From: Thermoplasmatota archaeon | GTDB lineage: Archaea; Thermoplasmatota; E2; JACPAO01; JAHFTW01 | NCBI GenBank assembly: GCA_041601615.1 | Contig: JBFIHX010000001.1 | Coordinates: 256,001 to 320,000 of the forward strand | Direction: 5' to 3' | DNA: 64,000 nt | Part shown: positions 56,408 to 64,000 of the stretch, piece after piece | How the letters are laid out: the number at the start of each line of letters is the position of its first letter | Numbering within the stretch: the first letter of the stretch is position 1 | Made by a program: the position numbers and the translations under genes | The notes under the pieces: model-generated | What the model saw: only the letters and a program-made list of their open reading frames with translations | Told to the model about the DNA's origin: nothing | The model's database searches: none

Positions 56408-59400
56408 ATGCATTTGATGCAGGTCCACATGGAGAATTTCAAGAGCTTCGGGCAGAAGCTCACCGTCCCGTTCGAGCCCGGCTTCACCGCCATCACGGGC
56501 CCCAATGGATCCGGAAAATCGAACATTGGCGACGCCATCTTGTTCGTGCTCGGCCCCAACTCCCCCCGCGCCATCCGCGCAGGACGCCTCACCGACCTCA
56601 TCTTCAACGGTGCTGCCGCCGGCAAAGCCGCCAACTACTGCCTCGTCAGCCTCGTCTTCGACAACCGCGACCGAACCATGCCGTTCGACGCGGACCAAGT
56701 AACTCTCACGCGCAAAGTGCGCCGCACGCCGCGCAAAGACGACCCAGACGCCTACGCGAGCAACTTCTACGTCAACGACCGCGCCAGCAAAAAACGCGAA
56801 TTCGTGGACCTTCTCCAACACGCCCGCATCTCGGCCGACGGCTACAACATCACCCAACAAGGCGACGTATTGCACATCTGCCAAATGAGCAACGTAGAGC
56901 GCCGCAAAGTGCTCGACGACATGGCCGGCGTCACCGCCTTCGACAAGGACATCGACACCGCCGCCAAGCGCCGCGGCGAAGTGGAGGAGAACCTCGAACG
57001 CATCGGCATCGTCCTCGACGAAATCGAACGCAGCCTCAAACAACTGGAAAAAGAGAAGGAAGCGGCTCAGAAATACAAGGACCTGCACGAACAAGTGCAG
57101 GAAACCAAGGCACTGATGGCGTACCGCCGCAAGGAGGACCTGCAAGCGCAGATTGCGGACGTGCAACGCCAACTGGAGCGGTTCACGACCGAGCGCGCCG
57201 AACACGAAGAAAAACTGCGCGAGTTCGACGGCCGATTCCGCGACGAACAAGCCTCCTTTGCCGAATTGGAACAACAAATTCGCGCCGAGGGCGGCGAAGA
57301 AGTTGAGATCCTGCAAGTGCAAATCAAGGAAGCCCGCGACCGCATGGTCCGCCTTGAAGAAAAAATCGCATTTGCCAAGCAAGAACTCGTGGACGCTCGC
57401 GAAGAAGTGATCCCGATGCGCGAGGAACTGCGCCGCGTCGGCAAGGAGCTGGACAAGACCACGAAACTCGAATCCGACTGCGCCGCAGAGCACACCGAGA
57501 AATCCGGCTTGCTTGCCGCTGCCAAGGCCGAATTCGAGTCGGTGCAAGAAACCCTCTCACAATCCAACACGGGCGCCATGGAACTCAAGCAGGACCTTGG
57601 CCGCCTCAAACAAGAACACGACCAGAAGCAATCGGACCTGCACAAACTCCGCTTGCACCAGGAACTCCTCCTGGAAAAACAAGAAGCAACCGCCCGCCGC
57701 ATCCAGGAAGCCCAAACGGAACTGGACACCGCCGCCCAAGACGCCAAAGAAACCCTGTGGCAAGTCGAAGAACTGCGCAAAACCACCGACGGCTCCGGCA
57801 AGCAACGCAAGGAAGTAGAGCGCCGCCTCTTTGAGCTACGAAAGGCCCACGCCGAATTCTCGCAGCAAAACGAAGACATCGAAAACCGCATCCGGCGCCT
57901 ACAACGCGAACTGGCCGAACTGCAAGCCAAGCAAGACGCAGCAGCACGCTTTGGTGGCGGAGGCCGCGCCGTGGACGACATCCTTGCCGCCCGCGACTCT
58001 GGGCAAATCCGAGGCATTGTTGGCACCGTGGCAGAACTAGCCTCCGTGGCCGAAGACTACCAAATGGCCCTGGAGACGGCCGCCGGGGCGAGCCTGCAAG
58101 CCATCGTGGTGGAAGACGACAGTGTCGCTGCCCAGTGCATCGAACTCATCAAGCGCAACAAGAGCGGCCGCGCCAAGCTACTACCCCTCAACAAACTCGT
58201 GCCGGGCCGCCCCCGTGGCCAAGCCCTTATGAAGGTCAAGCTGCAAGGCTGCCTCGGCTTTGCCCTGGACCTCATCGAATACAATCCTCGGTTCCAGAAC
58301 GCTTTCTGGAACGTATTTGGCGACACCCTCGTCGTCCAAAACATGAACGCCGGCCGCAACCTCATGGGCGGTGTCCGCATGGTCAGCCTCAGCGGCGAAC
58401 TGTTCGAAGCCAGCGGTGCCATGGTCGGCGGCTCCATGAGTGCCCGCAAGAAAGGCAGCGGGTTCCAAAACACCGACCGCGCCAAAGTCGACGAAGCGAT
58501 GCAGGCACTCGCGGACGCAGAAGCAGCCCAACACCAAGCCGTAGAGGGCCTCACCCGTGTTCGCCGCGAAATGGACACCCTCCAAGAACAACTGGAAACG
58601 TTCCGCGCCGGCGCCGACGCCGAAGAACGCCTCAAAGACCTCGAACGACGCGGCACCAACCTAGCACTCGTTCAAGAACAACGAACCAAGGACCTCGAAC
58701 AACTTCGCCAGGACGCCCACAAAATCGGTGCCGAACTGGAAGAGACCGCCGGCCACTCCGCCACCATCGAAGAGCGCCTCGTGGAAATGGAACGCATCCG
58801 CGACGAGAAATCCAAACTCATGCTCAAAGGCGGCCGCAAGGACCTACGCGAACGCGCCGAAGCCCTCGACAAAGACATTCGCGCCCTGCTCGAAGCGTCG
58901 CTCGCCGCCGAAAGTCGCCGCGATGTTGCCAGCAAGCAAAAGGAACTGGTCGCAGAGCGCGTGCGCGAACTCGAACAAGGCATCGTCGCCCGCGAAGAAG
59001 GCCAAGTCAAATTCCAAGAAGACCTCGAAACACACGGCAAGGCGCTCGCCCAAGCGCGCACCGAAGTGGAAGCACTTCTTGCCATGGAGCGCAAGGCCAC
59101 CAACCACCTCAAGGGCCTACGCGACCGCAAGGACGCAAGCTACCAGCGCCTCGTGGACCTCAAGGCCAAAATGGACAAGCTCAGCGACCGCATGGAGACC
59201 CACTACGGCCTCATCAGCAACGCCAAAGCCAAGCTTCCAAGCCTCGAAGAATCCCTGGGCGAGGCGATGATCGAACTCGCCGAACACCCCATCGAAATCA
59301 CCGAAGATATGGTGGTCCCCAGCTTCGACGACCTGCGCCGCGTGCTTCGCAACGCCGAAGCCAGCATCGAGCGCCTGGGTGCTGTCAATATGCGCGCGCT

Positions 59401-60166
59401 GGAGGAATTCCAGGCACAATTCGAACGCCAAGAAAACCTCACCAACGAGACCCAGCGCCTGCAAGACCAACGCCGCGAACTCATCGAACTCGTCGAAGAA
59501 ATCACCCAGAAAAAGAAGGCTGCACTCATGGAAGTGTTCGTGGCCATCAACCAGAACTTCGCCGAAGTGTACGCCCGGCTCAGCATGGGCGGAGCCGCCT
59601 ACATGGAACTGGAAAACCCCGAGAACCCCTTCGAAGGCGGCCTCATTCTCAAAGCCCAACCCATGGGCAAGCGCGTCACTCGACTCGACGCCCTATCCGG
59701 CGGCGAAAAGAGCCTGACCAGCATGGCGTTCATCTTCGCCTTGCAAATGTACGAACCAAGCCCCTTCTACTACCTCGACGAAGTGGATCAAAACCTCGAC
59801 GCCGTCAACTCCGAGCTACTTGCCAAACTCGTCAAGGACAATGCCCGGTTTGCCCAGTTCATCGTCGTGAGTCTTCGCAAAATCACCCTCAAAGAAGCCA
59901 ACGACATCTTCGGCGTCACCCAGAGCCGCCCCGGCCTCTCCGAGATGATCGCCCACTTCGACATCGGCCGCATGCGCGACGACGAGACCGGCGAAATGGT
60001 GGACAACGGCGACGGCACCGTCGTGCGCCAACGCCTCCCCGCATCCGCCTCCACGCTCCCCGCGGACGACGACACCCACGACGAAGAAGACGACGTCGCC
60101 AAGAGCGCCGAAACTCTCTCGGACGTCATCAAAGACATGGTTGGCGACAACCGGACCGCGGAGTGA
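56408..60166 (+). CDS. smc: Chromosome segregation protein SMC
   Basis: ENFKSF, GPNGSGKS, coiled coils, hinge (G.MVGGS), LSGGEKS, LDEVD. Confidence 0.97.
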   Translation: MHLMQVHMENFKSFGQKLTVPFEPGFTAITGPNGSGKSNIGDAILFVLGPNSPRAIRAGRLTDLIFNGAAAGKAANYCLVSLVFDNRDRTMPFDADQVTLTRKVRRTPRKDDPDAYASNFYVNDRASKKREFVDLLQHARISADGYNITQQGDVLHICQMSNVERRKVLDDMAGVTAFDKDIDTAAKRRGEVEENLERIGIVLDEIERSLKQLEKEKEAAQKYKDLHEQVQETKALMAYRRKEDLQAQIADVQRQLERFTTERAEHEEKLREFDGRFRDEQASFAELEQQIRAEGGEEVEILQVQIKEARDRMVRLEEKIAFAKQELVDAREEVIPMREELRRVGKELDKTTKLESDCAAEHTEKSGLLAAAKAEFESVQETLSQSNTGAMELKQDLGRLKQEHDQKQSDLHKLRLHQELLLEKQEATARRIQEAQTELDTAAQDAKETLWQVEELRKTTDGSGKQRKEVERRLFELRKAHAEFSQQNEDIENRIRRLQRELAELQAKQDAAARFGGGGRAVDDILAARDSGQIRGIVGTVAELASVAEDYQMALETAAGASLQAIVVEDDSVAAQCIELIKRNKSGRAKLLPLNKLVPGRPRGQALMKVKLQGCLGFALDLIEYNPRFQNAFWNVFGDTLVVQNMNAGRNLMGGVRMVSLSGELFEASGAMVGGSMSARKKGSGFQNTDRAKVDEAMQALADAEAAQHQAVEGLTRVRREMDTLQEQLETFRAGADAEERLKDLERRGTNLALVQEQRTKDLEQLRQDAHKIGAELEETAGHSATIEERLVEMERIRDEKSKLMLKGGRKDLRERAEALDKDIRALLEASLAAESRRDVASKQKELVAERVRELEQGIVAREEGQVKFQEDLETHGKALAQARTEVEALLAMERKATNHLKGLRDRKDASYQRLVDLKAKMDKLSDRMETHYGLISNAKAKLPSLEESLGEAMIELAEHPIEITEDMVVPSFDDLRRVLRNAEASIERLGAVNMRALEEFQAQFERQENLTNETQRLQDQRRELIELVEEITQKKKAALMEVFVAINQNFAEVYARLSMGGAAYMELENPENPFEGGLILKAQPMGKRVTRLDALSGGEKSLTSMAFIFALQMYEPSPFYYLDEVDQNLDAVNSELLAKLVKDNARFAQFIVVSLRKITLKEANDIFGVTQSRPGLSEMIAHFDIGRMRDDETGEMVDNGDGTVVRQRLPASASTLPADDDTHDEEDDVAKSAETLSDVIKDMVGDNRTAE

Positions 60167-60168
60167 CC

Positions 60169-61116
60169 ATGGTGATCGAGCGCGTCCCCGGCCACACCGC
60201 CTTGACCCAGGCACCCATCCAAGTGGACCTCCAAACCGTCGGCGTTGTGCGCCACTTGCTCTGGCACAAAGCGATGGGCGACCACGACGACGACGGCGAG
60301 CGCATCAACGATTTCATCCGCATCGTCGAAGGCTCCGAAGAAGGCGAACACGTCTCCATGCGTGACCCGTTCCACCGCGACCTCGCAATTGCCTTCGAAT
60401 TGGTCATCCAAGAACACCTCGACCCATGGGACATGGACCTCTCGCGCTTTGCCGAATTGTACCTCAAAGAGGCCCGAGAACGCGGCGTGGACCTCGTCAC
60501 CGCCGGCCGCATCCTGCTCATGGCCTGGACGGTTCTCAAACTACAAAGCGACGAAATCGCCGAGCGCGCCCAGCACGTCGAAGAGCCGGAAGACGACGAA
60601 CTCAGTTGGGACGACCTACCCGACTGGAACATGGATGAAGACGAATGGGACTTCACCGAGCGCATCCAATCCATGCCCGTCGCCCCCATCGACGAAAAAA
60701 TCCGCCACAAGGGAGACCGCAAAGTCACCCTCATGGAACTGATCGGCGCATTCGAAGAAATCCACCAGGAAGCCGACGAACGCCAAAAGCTCCAGCAGAC
60801 CAAGCTCAACGCCCGCCTCAGCCTCAAGCGCAAGATGCGCGGCCGCGTCGGTGGCATGATGCACGCAGAGGACCTCGAAGCCGAGATCGCCGAGACCTGG
60901 CAACGCATCCTCGAATACCCCAACATTCCGATTGCGTTCAGCGACCTCGTAGAACCCAACCCCGTAGACATCGTCCAGACCTTCAACGCGCTCCTGTTCT
61001 TGATCAAACAAGGCAAGGTCGAAGCGACCCAGGAAAACTTCCCCTACGGCGAAATCTGGATCACCCCCATCCTCGCTGAAGTCGAATCCGTCATCATGGA
61101 AGCTGTGACCGAATGA
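60169..61116 (+). CDS. scpA: Segregation/condensation protein A (kleisin)
   Basis: LDPWDMDL, AGRILLMA, RKVTLMELI, FNALLFL..QENFPYGEI; lies between smc and scpB. Confidence 0.9.
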   Translation: MVIERVPGHTALTQAPIQVDLQTVGVVRHLLWHKAMGDHDDDGERINDFIRIVEGSEEGEHVSMRDPFHRDLAIAFELVIQEHLDPWDMDLSRFAELYLKEARERGVDLVTAGRILLMAWTVLKLQSDEIAERAQHVEEPEDDELSWDDLPDWNMDEDEWDFTERIQSMPVAPIDEKIRHKGDRKVTLMELIGAFEEIHQEADERQKLQQTKLNARLSLKRKMRGRVGGMMHAEDLEAEIAETWQRILEYPNIPIAFSDLVEPNPVDIVQTFNALLFLIKQGKVEATQENFPYGEIWITPILAEVESVIMEAVTE

Positions 61117-61772
61117 ACGAACTGAACCTCCCACCGGGAATGAAGCCGATTCTCGTGGTCGAAGCCGCCCTGTTCTCCGCCGGCCGCAGCATCACCGTGG
61201 ACGAAATCATGGACGCCACCGGCCTCAAACGAGCCCAAGTGGAAAAGGCGGTCAAGGAACTCGCCGCCGTGTACGCCGAGCGCGACACCGTCCTCGAAGT
61301 GGGCAAAGCTGGCAAAGGATGGGGCATGCAAGTGCGCACCATCGCCGCCGAACCCGCCGCACGCTTTGCCCAAATGGAAATCCCGGCAAAGACCCTCAAA
61401 ACCCTCGCCCTCATCGCCTACCACCAGCCCATCAAACAATCCGAACTCTCGGACATGATTGGCTCCAAGGTCTACGACCACATCCCCGCCCTCAAGGAAC
61501 TGGGCCTCGTCAAGACCCGCCGCGACGGCCAGACCAAGATCCTCAGCGTCACGAGCCGCTTCCCCGAATACTTCGGACTCGACGCCGCAAGCCCCGACGA
61601 GATCCGGGCCCTCATGGCCAAGCTTGTGGGCATGGATGCGAAGGCTTCCAAGAAATCGAAGCCAAAGAAGGAGAAGGATCTTGGAAGCTTCCAGCAAGCG
61701 CCTGCCGTGGATGCGAATCCGGACAAACCAGAAGAATCAGCCACGCAAGCGCCGGCCCCGCACCAATCCTAG
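61113..61772 (+). CDS. scpB: SMC-Scp complex subunit ScpB
   Basis: VEAALF, LKTLALIAYHQPI, F.EYFG. Confidence 0.93.
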   Translation: MNELNLPPGMKPILVVEAALFSAGRSITVDEIMDATGLKRAQVEKAVKELAAVYAERDTVLEVGKAGKGWGMQVRTIAAEPAARFAQMEIPAKTLKTLALIAYHQPIKQSELSDMIGSKVYDHIPALKELGLVKTRRDGQTKILSVTSRFPEYFGLDAASPDEIRALMAKLVGMDAKASKKSKPKKEKDLGSFQQAPAVDANPDKPEESATQAPAPHQS

Positions 61773-61921
61773 CTGGACACAACCCGCGCCAACCCACGCA
61801 GTCAGACCCGGCAGCCTCTGGGCTCTGCTAGCGCACGTTCTAGGCTGCCGGGCCAGTTCGAGCCCCACGGCGGCGACTTTTGCGGCCAGACGCCAAAAAA
61901 ACCGCCTTCCTGAGCCAATAG

Positions 61922-64000
<2,079 letters not shown>

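Noticed and set aside
56408-61772. Wadjet/MksBEF defence system
   Set aside because: Canonical SMC with hinge plus ScpA/ScpB and no JetD nuclease

Overview
High-GC, gene-dense prokaryotic chromosome segment, most likely an archaeon of the Thermoplasmatota (inference). The evidence is exosome subunit Csl4, short archaeal-type TPI, a DUF63-like protein, archaeal HTH regulators, AsnRS, and smc-scpA-scpB directly followed by gyrB and a probable gyrA. About 65 CDS are supportable. They cover central carbon metabolism (GTP-PEPCK, PPi-PFK, class I FBA, TPI, RpiA, GlpD), a sulfur neighbourhood at 8.5-25.7 kb, several ribonucleases, a VapBC pair and many orphan lipoproteins or secreted proteins. No rRNA, tRNA, CRISPR array, transposase or integrase was recognised. 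The most notable observations are: a complete CysO/Mec/MoeZ/CysM-type ubiquitin-like sulfur-carrier module with its own regulator; an adjacent possible Cyt-fold toxin/Vps62-like trio; a four-repeat OAA-family lectin; a CxxCH plus ferric-reductase-type membrane fusion; several proteins that have lost canonical metal or phosphoryl ligands; four orphan 4-Cys secreted proteins; and a dispersed REP/MITE-like repeat family. All family assignments come from motif recognition by eye, without database searches. Start codons were often trimmed from the ORF track and are approximate.
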